Counted from the first letter of the whole stretch, positions 1 through 10,018 are shown. The stretch is 50,674 nt of DNA, filler included, from Catajapyx aquilonaris (GCA_000934665.2; 2 parts of 2 records of this genome joined end to end with filler, not necessarily neighbours in it); one strand, 5' to 3'. Made by a program: numbers and translations. The notes: generated by a model not told the origin, from the letters alone.

Positions 1-96
1 AGCTGCGCCTCTGGCGGCCAGACCTTACATCACACTCACACCCCGCTAGAGGGAAAACGGCCCCAGTTTTGCCACCATACCCTGTTTATCCATCTT

Positions 97-1100
97 GGTT
101 GAGACTCAGTGGATCATACCGTATCACCACTAATGACGACAAAGGGTTCAGGCGATCTGAACTGAGCTTGATCCATGTTACACCGGATGATACAGGACTA
201 TACAAGTGCAACCCGTCCTCAAACAATGTGTTTTCTCTACGAGTCCTCAAAGGTGAGCTGTACCAGACATATGTATTATGATTTCACATGCTTCTAACAT
301 TGTGTTTCAGTTGGTGATATTGCCTACGAAGGACCCAACGCTGTCCGTGAAGGTGATAACACCTACATCTATTGCTACCTGGACAGACAACCACAGTGGA
401 CCAAGGATGGTGTTGCGGTTGATCCATCAGATAAAGGGACCACCACAATGCTAGGAGGAGGAATCCGGGCCCATGTTAAGATTTTAGGGGTACGTGCCAA
501 AGATGCCGGTGTGTACAAGTGTATCAATTCTCCAAAGGACCACCAACTACTTGTCCTCAATGGTGAGCCACATTCCTCTCATTTATAAGTAGGAAAACTA
601 TATCCTTTGTTCTTCAGCAAATGCAGCAATAGCCGATTACACGAATGAAGTACATCTGGTTCCAGACACAGAAGTGTTCCTGCCATGCCGATCAAGCATA
701 TACACACAGGTAATCAGATGGTGAGTTATTTAACTGATATGATAACCCGATGGCATATGACATGTGAATGACCCCGCAGGTATTTCAACGGCCAATTGAT
801 CCCTGAAAACTACAATTTGACCCCTGAGGAGAATGGTCTCCTGGTGCAAAAAGCTGAATGCAAACATGTGGGGACATACATGTGTACGGCCAAGAATCTG
901 TACGTACCTGAGTTGCCTCCAACAATGAACAAGACTATGGAAATCCTGCGTAAGTAATTTGGAAATAAAACTTATGCATATTGTGACAACACCTAATTAC
1001 AGCCTCTGCTACATGCGGATCATGCTCCATACACTTCACCACAACATCACTTTTGCTCCTGGCTGTGGGCTGGGTTGGTAGGATGCTGCTGGATATGTAG
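97..1100 (+). CDS. GPI-anchored 3-Ig-domain cell-surface protein, paralogue 1 (5'-truncated or interrupted; possibly a pseudogene)
   Basis: Exons ~97-252, 311-562, 618-720, 780-949, 1003-1100, with GT-AG introns in consistent phase. Ig motifs DTGLYKC, DAGVYKC, HVGTYMC and a hydrophobic C-terminal tail (SIHFTTTSLLLLAVGWVGRMLLDM*). Homology to paralogue 2 stops abruptly at ~97, inside the Ig1 exon. Confidence 0.8.
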
Positions 1101-1118
1101 AGCAGAAGAAGAAAGCAC

Positions 1119-1279
1119 ATGCAGTCCCAAGGAGAAACACCCTAACTTCAAAACTAGTAAGGGTGAAGATCGCGTGCATGCCCTGCACTAATACCCTCTG
1201 AGTCAGGGGGGATTAGTGCAGGGCGTGCATGCGACTTTCACCCTTACTAGTTTTGAAGATAGGATAGGACTGCAGACAT
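1119..1279. repeat. Long palindrome (foldback MITE-like) in the 3'UTR of Ig paralogue 1
   Basis: Arms cttcaaaactagtaagggtgaa...ccctctga / tcagggggg...ttcacccttactagttttgaag, centred at ~1201. Homologous to 3757-3931. Confidence 0.85.
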
Positions 1280-1838
1280 TAGGAGGGAAAAATTACTCAG
1301 AGATAATACTCATTATCTGTATCACCTTATAAGTGTTCATCATATTTTTTGTCGCTGTACAATAGAAACGGGCATGACCAGCGGAAAGGGACTTAAGGGC
1401 CTGAAGTGCACAACAATGTTTAAACATTTTCTCAGCCGACATTAGCCAATTTGTACCAATGACTTAAAGTTGCAGACTTAATATTATAGCCTGCAGGATG
1501 TTTCATAATGACAAACATTAAGGTTAACTCATGTTTACCAGAGGATCGCTTAAAACAGCATCATTTGGTTGATATTTTCGATCTTGCCTTGATGTCTCTA
1601 TTTTCTGTAAATCTTTCTTTGGAATAAAAACAATTATCTCTTTCGAATTACAAGACTTATTCATATACGATGACAATGTAATGAATAATATTCATATTAG
1701 CATTTCTCGCTTAATTTTTACGACATGAGACATGACAAACGTAAACTTCAAGGCCAGCCACCAGTAGATATATATTGAGTTCTACTTGGGCGGTGTCCAA
1801 AAGTTACGTCACACTGAATTATTCCTGGTCTAGACCAC

Positions 1839-1844
1839 TATAAG
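1839..1844 (+). promoter_or_regulatory. Putative TATA box of Ig paralogue 2
   Basis: TATAAG lies ~70 nt upstream of the ATG at 1911. Confidence 0.4.
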
Positions 1845-1910
1845 CTCCCTGGGTAGTATCCGAGCAGCCCTACCACAACACAAGGTACAGTACGCACTAC
1901 GCAGTCACCA

Positions 1911-3738
1911 ATGAAGTCTCGGTGCTTGTTAGTCATCTCACTTCTAGTAATCGGATGCATCGTCTCTACTCAAGGTATGTGTATTTCGATTGTCCTGTAT
2001 GTCCAAATGAGCTCTCGAAGAGATGTCCTCTTTTTAGACTCATGTATACATGAGCAAGTCATATCGTGTATTCCAGGAACAGCGGTGGAGTATGCTGGTG
2101 ACCAATATGTTTACGAAGGCAACTCAGTCACTATCGAGTGTGCGTTGAAGGGACAAGAACCCATCGTGTGGTCCAGAAATGGGTTGAGACTCACTGGATC
2201 ATACCGTATCAACACTAATGACTTAAACACAGGGTTCAGGCAATCTAAACTGAGCTTGACGGATGTCACACCGGAACAGACTGGACTTTACAAGTGCAAT
2301 CCCTCTTCCAACAACGTGTTTTCTCTCCGAGTCATCAATGGTGAGCTGTACCAGACACATAATAAGGCGGCAGGGCTTGTCCGCAAGCCCTGCCGCCTAT
2401 TGTACTGTGACCGCCACGTTCCGATTGGTCCCCGCCTATTGTTACCTCGAAGCTTCCGATTGGCCTCCGTTCAGCGCATGCGCAATGGGTGGTGGAACTC
2501 CTCAGTTGCATGTTGGAGGGCGAGGAGTCAACATCGCCGCTCCCGTAATTCGAACGTGACCCCGACCCCTCCCCGCTGCTCCAACGACCTACCCTGTCCC
2601 CTCAGCTCTACCACCCATTGCGCATGCGTGTCAACACTGGCATTACTGCTAGTTAGAAGTGGGACGAAAATTCAACCCAATATCAATATCAATGTCTCGC
2701 CCGTGGTCTCGCCAACCAATATACCCGACTTTTTCTAGAAGGCAAATTAAAAATCTATGGTAAATTTTATTATTTTGATAGACCAATGATTAACAACCAG
2801 GTCTACACCGCAGGTGGCAGACCTAGAAAAAAGCGAGCGAATCGAGTGGTTTTCTAGGCCTGCGCCTTGGGAAAATGTGAGCGAAGCGAGGGTTTTTCTA
2901 GTACGTATATTATGATTTCACCTGCTTCTAACATTGCATTTCAGTTGGTGAAATTACCTACGAAGGACCCAACGCTGTCCGTGAAGGTGATATCACCTAT
3001 ATCTATTGCTATCTGGCCAGACAACCACAGTGGACCAAGGATGGCGTTACACACTATCCATCATTTAAAGGGACCACCACAAAGCTAGGAGGAGGAATCC
3101 TGGCCCATGTTAAGATTTTCGGGGTGCGTGCCAAAGATGCCGGTGTGTACAGGTGTATGAATTCTCCAAAGGCGCACCAACTACTTGTCCTCAATGGTGA
3201 GTCTTATTCCTCTCATTTATAAGTAGGAAAACTATGTCCTCTGTTCTCCAGCAAATGCAGCAATAGCCAACTACACGAATGAAGTACAGCTGGTTCCAGA
3301 CGAGGAACTGTTCTTGCCATGCCAATCAAGCATTTACGAAGAGATAACAGCATGGTGAGTTATCTGCTTCTAAGCGATGAACCTGTGACCTGTTAATGAC
3401 CCCTGCAGGTACATCAATGGCCAGAAGATCTCTGACAACAAGGACGGGTACGTCATTACCCCTGAGCAGAATGGTCTGCTGGTGCATAAGGCTGAATGCA
3501 AACACGTGGGGACATACACGTGTACTGCCAAGAACACACTCGTGCCTGAGCTGCCTCCAACAATGAACAAGACCATGGAAGTCCTGCGTAAGTCATTTGG
3601 AAATAAAGCTGATTCATATTGTGACAACATCTAATTACAGCCTCTGCTACATGTGGATCATGCTCCATACACTTCACCACAACATCACTTTTGCTCCTGG
3701 TTGTGGGCTGGGTTGGGAAGATGTTGCTGGATATGTAG
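1911..3738 (+). CDS. GPI-anchored 3-Ig-domain cell-surface protein, paralogue 2 (complete)
   Basis: Exons 1911-1974 (signal peptide MKSRCLLVISLLVIGCIVSTQG), 2077-2340 (Ig1), 2945-3196 (Ig2), 3252-3354 and 3409-3587 (Ig3), 3641-3738 (GPI-signal-like tail). All junctions are GT-AG and in phase. Exon sizes 252, 103 and 98 nt match paralogue 1. Confidence 0.9.
2361..2901 (+). mobile_element. Non-autonomous Helitron/Helentron-like insertion in an intron
   Basis: About 540 bp absent from the matching 58-nt intron of paralogue 1. 5' hairpin aggcggcagggcttg-tccg-caagccctgccgcct. 3' end gagcgaagcgagggtttttCTAG followed by T. No target-site duplication seen. A related fragment lies at 25088-25287. Confidence 0.65.
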
Positions 3739-3756
3739 AGCAGAAGAAGAAAGCAT

Positions 3757-3931
3757 ATATCTGCCGTCCCAAGGTGAAAGACCCTAACTTCAAAACTAGT
3801 AAGGGTGAAGGTCCCGTGCATGCCCTGCACTAATCCCCTCTGAGTCAGGGGGGATTGGTGCAGAGTGTGCATGCGACTTTCACCCTTACTAGTTTTGAAG
3901 ATAGGATGTTTCTCCTTGGGACGGCAGATAT
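3757..3931. repeat. ~175-bp palindrome (foldback MITE-like) in the 3'UTR of Ig paralogue 2
   Basis: Termini atatctgccgtcccaagg ... ccttgggacggcagatat. The arms pair along their whole length around a centre at ~3844. Confidence 0.9.
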
Positions 3932-4319
3932 GAGGAAGGAAAAATTACTCGGAGATCATACTCATGTTCTGTATCACCTTATAAGTGTTCATCATATTTG
4001 TTGCTGTACAATAGAAACGGAGATGACCAGCGGAGAGGGACTTAAGGACCTTTCTCAGCCAATTTGTGCCAATGACTTAAAGATGCAAACTTAATATTCT
4101 AACATGCAGGATGTTTCATAATGACAAACATTTAGGTTAACTCATGAGGATCACTCCAAACAGAAATGTGATTTGGTTGATATTTTTGATCATCCTTATT
4201 ATGATGTCTATATTTTTTATGTGACTCTAGTGTTTTCAACTAATAATAACTCCATCTATCCAGCTAAGCATCGTTTTACTGATTGACACTTATTGTTAGC
4301 ACATACTTGTACATTCCCA

Positions 4320-5085
4320 TTACCCAGTTGTCTGAACGCACACTGCTACAGGAACACACTGGACCCTGCTAAAGCTAAAAAAGCTAAACCGTCTTGTGTT
4401 AAACTGATTGTTGCATGTGGAAGAACGGACGACACACTGGAACCCGACCTGGCATGGTGTAGCACATGTCGGGTTTGGATCAGCACACACTGCAGACGCT
4501 GGACAAGGAGGGGTCGAGCACCCATTGGTCTGGTTCAGGTAGCACCTCTGGGGTGCTTGGCAAACCACGTTCTGACATGGACTGCTACTGAGGACGCATC
4601 TTGGGGTCGGAAGGCATGGATGGCACGTGCAGTTGTTGGACTCACAGTCAGATGAGCCACATGTCTGACCCACTTCGCATGTTATTGGACTGTTGGCACA
4701 TGGATTATAGAGACGAGATCTGCATTCTGGGGCAGGAAGACACGTTGTATTGGTCCCACATTGGGCAGGATCCACCATGTAGCATTTTTGACCCCGAGGA
4801 CATTGCATCTGCGCACATGTTGTTGCTGCGCAGGTGTTGTTGACGCAGCAGGGAGTGTCCTAAACACAAAGATATTCAGTGTAAGTAACTGTTTTGAGAC
4901 AAAAATATACTCACATATCCTGGACGAAACCTGCTTCCACGTTGGTGACTGTCTCCAGAATACCCGCCTCCGGAATACCCGCCTCCGGAGCGATAGCCTG
5001 GACCATACCCGTCTCGACGATAGGCAAAAAGTCCAACCAGTGTCGACAACAGAAGGATGCAAACGATTGTAGTAGATGAAGCCAT
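4320..5085 (-). CDS. Secreted Gly/Tyr-rich plus cysteine-rich repeat protein (follistatin-N-like C-x-C repeats), ~236 aa
   Basis: Exon 5085-4915 encodes a signal peptide (MASSTTIVCILLLSTLVGLFA), an RR dibasic site and GGGYS repeats. A phase-0 GT-AG intron follows (4914-4860). Exon 4859-4320 has repeated Cys modules (CPRGQKCYMV, CEVGQTC, CQAPQRCYL, CQVGFQCVV). TATA-like TATATAA at ~5170-5176 on the minus strand. Confidence 0.8.
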
Positions 5086-5725
5086 CTGAAAATTATCAAA
5101 GTGTCCTCTGGTTATGATGACTCTTGCAGATCTTGCCTCTATGATACTTGCCTGGAAAGCCCACACTGTTATATAGGCTACTCCAGCTTTATTAGTCCAA
5201 ATAACACCACATGTTATTTGTTATTGTAACTTGTTTAGCACTGTCACACACGTCACATATGTCAGACCCTATAAGACAGGTGTGACACACTGTACATGAC
5301 ATATGTGACACATGTGTATGATATGTCAGGATACACGACATTGCGCGAGTAATAAAGCACTGAGTTGGTGACCCCTTTGGTTGTGACCTCGTACGCCAAT
5401 TTTATGGGCCAATAACACTTTTAACTGCAATAAAGAGTTTGTAGACGTACCGTAGTGTGTTTAGGTTAGGCACACCGTAGACGTAGCTCTTCAATAGTGG
5501 CATTATACCCCATGATGCCCTATATAAGGGTTCATGTTAATTCTGTTGAATTGTGATAGAAACCAGGTGTCTCACAACTTGGCCAATCATCGATAATTAT
5601 ATACCGTACAGTGTTGAAATTACAACACTGCTGTAAAAATGTTACAAACAGTAAACAAAAATGTGTTCGAATTTTTAAATATGTTTACCACTATTAGAAA
5701 AGCCACGTGGCAATGTGGCACATAC

Positions 5726-5853
5726 TATATTATAATACTCTATATAATTACACTCTACATAATTATACTCTATATAATTATTCTATATATAATTATACTC
5801 TACATAATTACTCTATATAATTATACTCTACATAATATGATTACTCTATAATA
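5726..5853. repeat. AT-rich minisatellite, ~15-bp unit (tatataattatactc)
   Basis: About 8 imperfect tandem units. They produce the spurious periodic YIIIL ORF. Confidence 0.85.
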
Positions 5854-6130
5854 ATTGCGTATAATGTGTAATAAAAAGTGAACACTACACTTTTACTATA
5901 CAGAAAGGTCAGTGCTAAAATTAGTTCTTGTTTTAACACTGCACGCAAGATTGTTTCCAGAAACCATGCGCATGATCACATGTCATCTTGAGTGTGACCA
6001 TGCATGCCCATAGCTCGATTGGAAGCCCTTATTACGTAGCTCCTCCCACGATTACGTAATGTTGATTTTTTTTTTCCAACACACCTACGTGCATGAAACT
6101 GGTATTTTTTTCCGCAGTACTCTACCAGCC

Positions 6131-7702
6131 ATGGACTCCTGCTGGTCACTCTCACTTCTCCTGATCGCGTTGACCGCGTGCCAAGGTCAGTCTATTCACC
6201 TTAAGAAAAATCGTTACTTCAGGTGTACCACACCTGACTAATCACTCATTATTTGGAAAAACACCGTATCTTCACGAACAGGCATAATAGAGGCTACTAA
6301 TAGATCGTACCGTACCTATGCATTGTGAAGGTCATGTTGAAATCAGGCAAGGTCTCTACTTTATTTCCTGTACACACATATATGACTGTACAGTACAGTA
6401 CATCCGAATTTTCAATTTAAATGGCCAATGATGTCACCTGACCAAGGTCACCGTGTGGGTAGTATTACTTCATGGGTGATGTACCACTGAGTAATTTCCA
6501 GGGCGTGACGTTGAGTACACTGGTCCGAAATACGTAGCCGTGGGTGATGACATCCGGATACACTGTACTGGTGCGGACTACCAGTCCATCTCTTGGACCA
6601 GGGATGGTCTGGCCATTGGGACAGGAGGACAGGTCACGAAGGACACCCTGTACAACGGGGAAGGGTCATCAGATTTGACCATCCCAAGAGCCAGACCTCA
6701 ACATTCAGGGGTGTACAAGTGTTCGGCTGACTCATACGATGGACATGAGGTTCGGGTACTTGATGGTTCTGAGGTGGTGTACGACGGACCCAACTTTGTG
6801 AACGAGGGACAGCCGGCCGCCTTGTCCTGCTACGTGACAGCGTATGACAGCCCCCGATGGGTCAAAGAGGGTCATGTCGTGGACGCAGGTGAACTTGAGA
6901 GAAAGGTACTGCAGAACGGTGCACAGGTGTTCACACTCAAGATATACCGAACCAGACCTGGAGATGCGGGTATTTACAAGTGCGTCAACACCTCTCCAAA
7001 CAGACACGTACTGCATGTCATAGATGGTGAGTTACATCTTATTTTATTCGTTCCGTACCGTACACTATTTATTACTAGATGACATCACCATTGCCAAGAG
7101 GAAGACACAACTGGTACCGGGCATGAAGTTGTTCCTACCATGCGAGCCGGACATCGAACACCCACGAATGATCTGGTAAATAATATAGCGTGTTCCACTT
7201 ATCCTATCCGACACATCGATCGTTACATTCAGGTCATTCCCCCTCGTACTTCCAAGTAAAACTGGTACCATGGGTACGAAACAGTACACTTCCTCCTTAT
7301 TATGACCATCATCATATATGACACCGAGACATCTTCAGTGTTTGTCCCACATGTGTCCATCACATGACAATTTCAGGTCACGCAATGGCCAGGTGTTGAC
7401 CCCGAGTGAGGAAGAGGGCTACGAGCTTCAGAGAGACAACGATGGTCTTCTGATTACCAACGCTGAATGCAAACATGCTGGGAACTACACATGTAACCGA
7501 GACTCCGGATCGGTATACTACCCTGGAAACACGCGGAAGTCCATCCAAGTCCTCTGTAAGTCACAACGTGTTTCCATACATTTCCATATAATTAATTACA
7601 TGTTTATTTACAGCGTACGAAACATGTGGAGCTGCATCCATTTACGTCACGACTACGTCATTATTGGTCCTTGTTTGTGGTGTATGGTTGGGTCAGATAT
7701 AA
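6131..7702 (+). CDS. GPI-anchored 3-Ig-domain cell-surface protein, paralogue 3 (diverged)
   Basis: Exons 6131-6185 (signal peptide), 6502-7026 (Ig1 and Ig2 in one exon; HSGVYKC, DAGIYKC), 7079-7175, 7377-7555 (AECKHAGNYTC), 7614-7702 (TCGAASIYVTTTSLLVLVCGVWLGQI*). Same architecture as paralogue 2. Confidence 0.88.
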
Positions 7703-7806
7703 CAAGATATGTAACGACAAAGTTCAAATGCAAACTAGTGACAACGAGGGTACAACTACTCGTGTTATCAGACCAAAAAGATCTCCGCACAAGAAGGTCT
7801 TTAGAG

Positions 7807-7958
7807 CAAGGGGCTAGCAACTCCCTGGAACCGGTGTACACTGGCCAAGGAACCGGATGGAACCGGCATGGAACCGGATGGAACCGGCATGGAACCGGTT
7901 GGAACCTCCAGGTTCCAGGATCTGGTGTACACTTTTTTGGGGAGTTGCTAACCCCTTG
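7807..7958. mobile_element. hAT-type MITE
   Basis: Terminal inverted repeats caaggggctagcaactccc / gggagttgctaaccccttg. Exact 8-bp target-site duplication ctttagag (7799-7806 and 7959-7966). Internal ggaaccgg(c)at tandem repeats. Confidence 0.9.
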
Positions 7959-8240
7959 CTTTAGAGACAATACGTATGATATTCCTGGCTCTCACGCACA
8001 TTCCAATTTTTTTATACTTTCTAATTTTAATGTAATACAAATTCCAAAAATAAATAACAATAAATAACAATGCATTAGTTTTATTTTCTTGCTGCTCCGG
8101 AAACGGGGGAGGGGTACCGGCAACAATGACCTGAACTGGCAATGGCATGTGGGAATTTCAGCAAAGCGAGCAAGTTCTCGTGTTGTCCGTCTTGCGATGG
8201 AATTGAGGGCGGCCTTTCAGGTAAGTGTTTCGACCAAGCT

Positions 8241-8376
8241 GGGTTCACACGGCCGTCTTTGTCGTTGCTTACGGATCATTGTTGCAGGGGTTTCGCCAAT
8301 CGGAAAATAAGGAGGGAAGATGATGGAGCTGATTAGCGTTTTACAACCCAAATGACAACGACGGCCGTGTGAACCC
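8241..8376. mobile_element. Inverted-repeat element (Harbinger-like MITE remnant)
   Basis: gggttcacacggccgtctttgtcgtt (8241-8266) pairs with aatgacaacgacggccgtgtgaaccc (8351-8376). The same gggttcacacgg end recurs at 8741. Confidence 0.6.
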
Positions 8377-8476
8377 TCGAGACAACAACGACATCGACAC
8401 CCTGATTAATCTGCAACAACCCACTGAGCAGAAACCCGCGAGTGCAACGACATCGCTGAAAGACATCAACCTGGAG

Positions 8477-9533
8477 ATGGAGAACCTCGAACCTTCATCC
8501 CGTCGGTCGTCGCAGTCGACCCAGACGTCCTTGTCGTCCCTCTTCCGCCAGTGGCAGTGGCCGTGGACGAGACTGGCCAGTTTGACCCCTCTGGACAGGC
8601 TGTCCATCGTGTCCACCCTCTTCGCAGTGGCCTCCTTCGCGCACCTGGCCACGGACATCATCTTCCTTCTGATCGGACGACTTCCATCCCAGTTCCTCAT
8701 CAAAACCACGCATATAGTTATTGTAAGGTCATCACCAACAGGGTTCACACGGGAGACGTTACGGGGCTGGCGTTACGGTCGTGACGGTGCGTTCAGCCAA
8801 TCCCCTGCGCTTTCCAAGCACTCCAACCAATGGGGAGCGCCGGATGGACATGCCAATGAGGAGCAAGCTCCCCCCATTGGCTGGAGTGCTTGGAAAGCGC
8901 AGGGGATTGGCCGAAAATAGTGAGGGACTGTCCCTATTGGCTAAAAGGCTGCTCTGATCGTGTGTTTGTCCAGGTAAATGTGTTCACAACAATGTCCCGT
9001 CTCCTGGACCGCACCGTCAGCTCCTGAACATGTCCCTTATGAACCCAGGTTTAAGGACATCCACTTTGCAGGGTCTGCACATAATGATGATTTTCATCAG
9101 TACCGCGGCGTACGTCATGAAATGTGCAGTGCAGGACGCAGGACCTCTAGCCCAGACTGCGTTGGGTACCACTGGTCTGTATACACCTCTTTTCAGTATC
9201 TATGGGGCATCTATTCATAGTGTGTGGGTGTTTCTGATAACTGATCACAACTACAAACAAGTTTCCAGGCTAAGTTAGTAAATATTTGACCACTTGGGAG
9301 TTCAGCGAGGTGCTTATGCACTGAGGTTGACCACTGTTCCTCCATTTCCAGCGGTCCTTCTGGTGCTGTTGATTCTCCGCAATGCCATGGAGTATTACAT
9401 GCTGCCATACCGCCCCATGATATATGGGCTGAATTACCCCGAAGTAAAGAAGTGGGTACCGCCAGAGCAGCCAGACCCAGAGGACCACAGTTTAGATTGG
9501 TCTGCGGAAGAGAACCTGCACAGACCACCATGA
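8477..9533 (+). CDS. Uncharacterised small multi-pass (about 4 TM) membrane protein
   Basis: Exons 8477-8722, 9072-9273 and 9352-9533 join in phase (0, then 1) through GT-AG introns. Hydrophobic segments: LSIVSTLFAVASFAHLATDIIFLLI, GLHIMMIFISTAAYVM, LFSIYGASIHSVWVFLI, VLLVLLIL. The start codon is uncertain because the frame is open back to 8333. Confidence 0.6.
8792..8915. repeat. Intronic inverted repeat (~47-bp arms), probably part of a MITE starting at ~8741
   Basis: ttcagccaatcccctgcgctttccaagcactccaaccaatggggagc pairs with gctccccc(c)attggctggagtgcttggaaagcgcaggggattggccgaa. Confidence 0.8.
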
Positions 9534-10018
9534 GGTGGAGGAGCACCTTTACAGTCCTCTTACCTGGCAGGTCAGTCATAATCTTGGCAGGGTTGGTCCT
9601 CTGCTGCTGGGTTACCCCAGCCTCAGGGGCCTCCAAAGGTCCTCTGTGGTGCTACCAGTGCTGCGGAAATGGGTCCTCCGAATGCAATGACGTGAACTGG
9701 CCCTATGTCAAGTCAGCGACGAAACTGGCCTACAGGAGACCCTGCCCAGGAGCAATGGCCTTTTGCGCCAAGAAGGTCGTGTCAATCAATGGACAAGGTC
9801 AGCTGACCACCAGAGCCTGCCACTATGGGATCAGCCCCAGTGCCAACCAGGAAGGGGGGTGCACCAGGGTGCAGGCGTCCGGACAGGCGACGGTGGACAG
9901 CTGCATCTGTCCGGGTTACCTCTGCAACGGAGGGTCGTCCAGAAAGGCCCAATCAATAATTGCTGTTCCCACATTTACATTGCTTTACAGTTTATTGTTA
10001 GCTTGCATGGACCGGTAA
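9530..10018 (+). CDS. Ly6/uPAR three-finger protein (quiver/sleepless-like), GPI-anchored, intronless
   Basis: Signal peptide, LWCYQC start motif, Cys spacing ending CICPGYLCN, and a hydrophobic C-terminal tail. The ATG is in a ccaccATG context. AATAAA at 10017-10022. Confidence 0.85.
   Translation: MRWRSTFTVLLPGRSVIILAGLVLCCWVTPASGASKGPLWCYQCCGNGSSECNDVNWPYVKSATKLAYRRPCPGAMAFCAKKVVSINGQGQLTTRACHYGISPSANQEGGCTRVQASGQATVDSCICPGYLCNGGSSRKAQSIIAVPTFTLLYSLLLACMDR

Noticed and set aside
5..55. CTCF-like motifs (gcgcctctggcggcca; ccgctagaggg)
   Set aside because: The spacing does not fit the consensus, and the sequence is probably repeat-derived.
5639..5851. ORF with YIIIL periodicity
   Set aside because: It is the translation of a 15-bp AT-rich minisatellite.
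7614..8067. ORF extension with GTGWNRH repeats
   Set aside because: It reads through an intron and the 3'UTR. The repeats are the internal tandem repeats of the hAT MITE.
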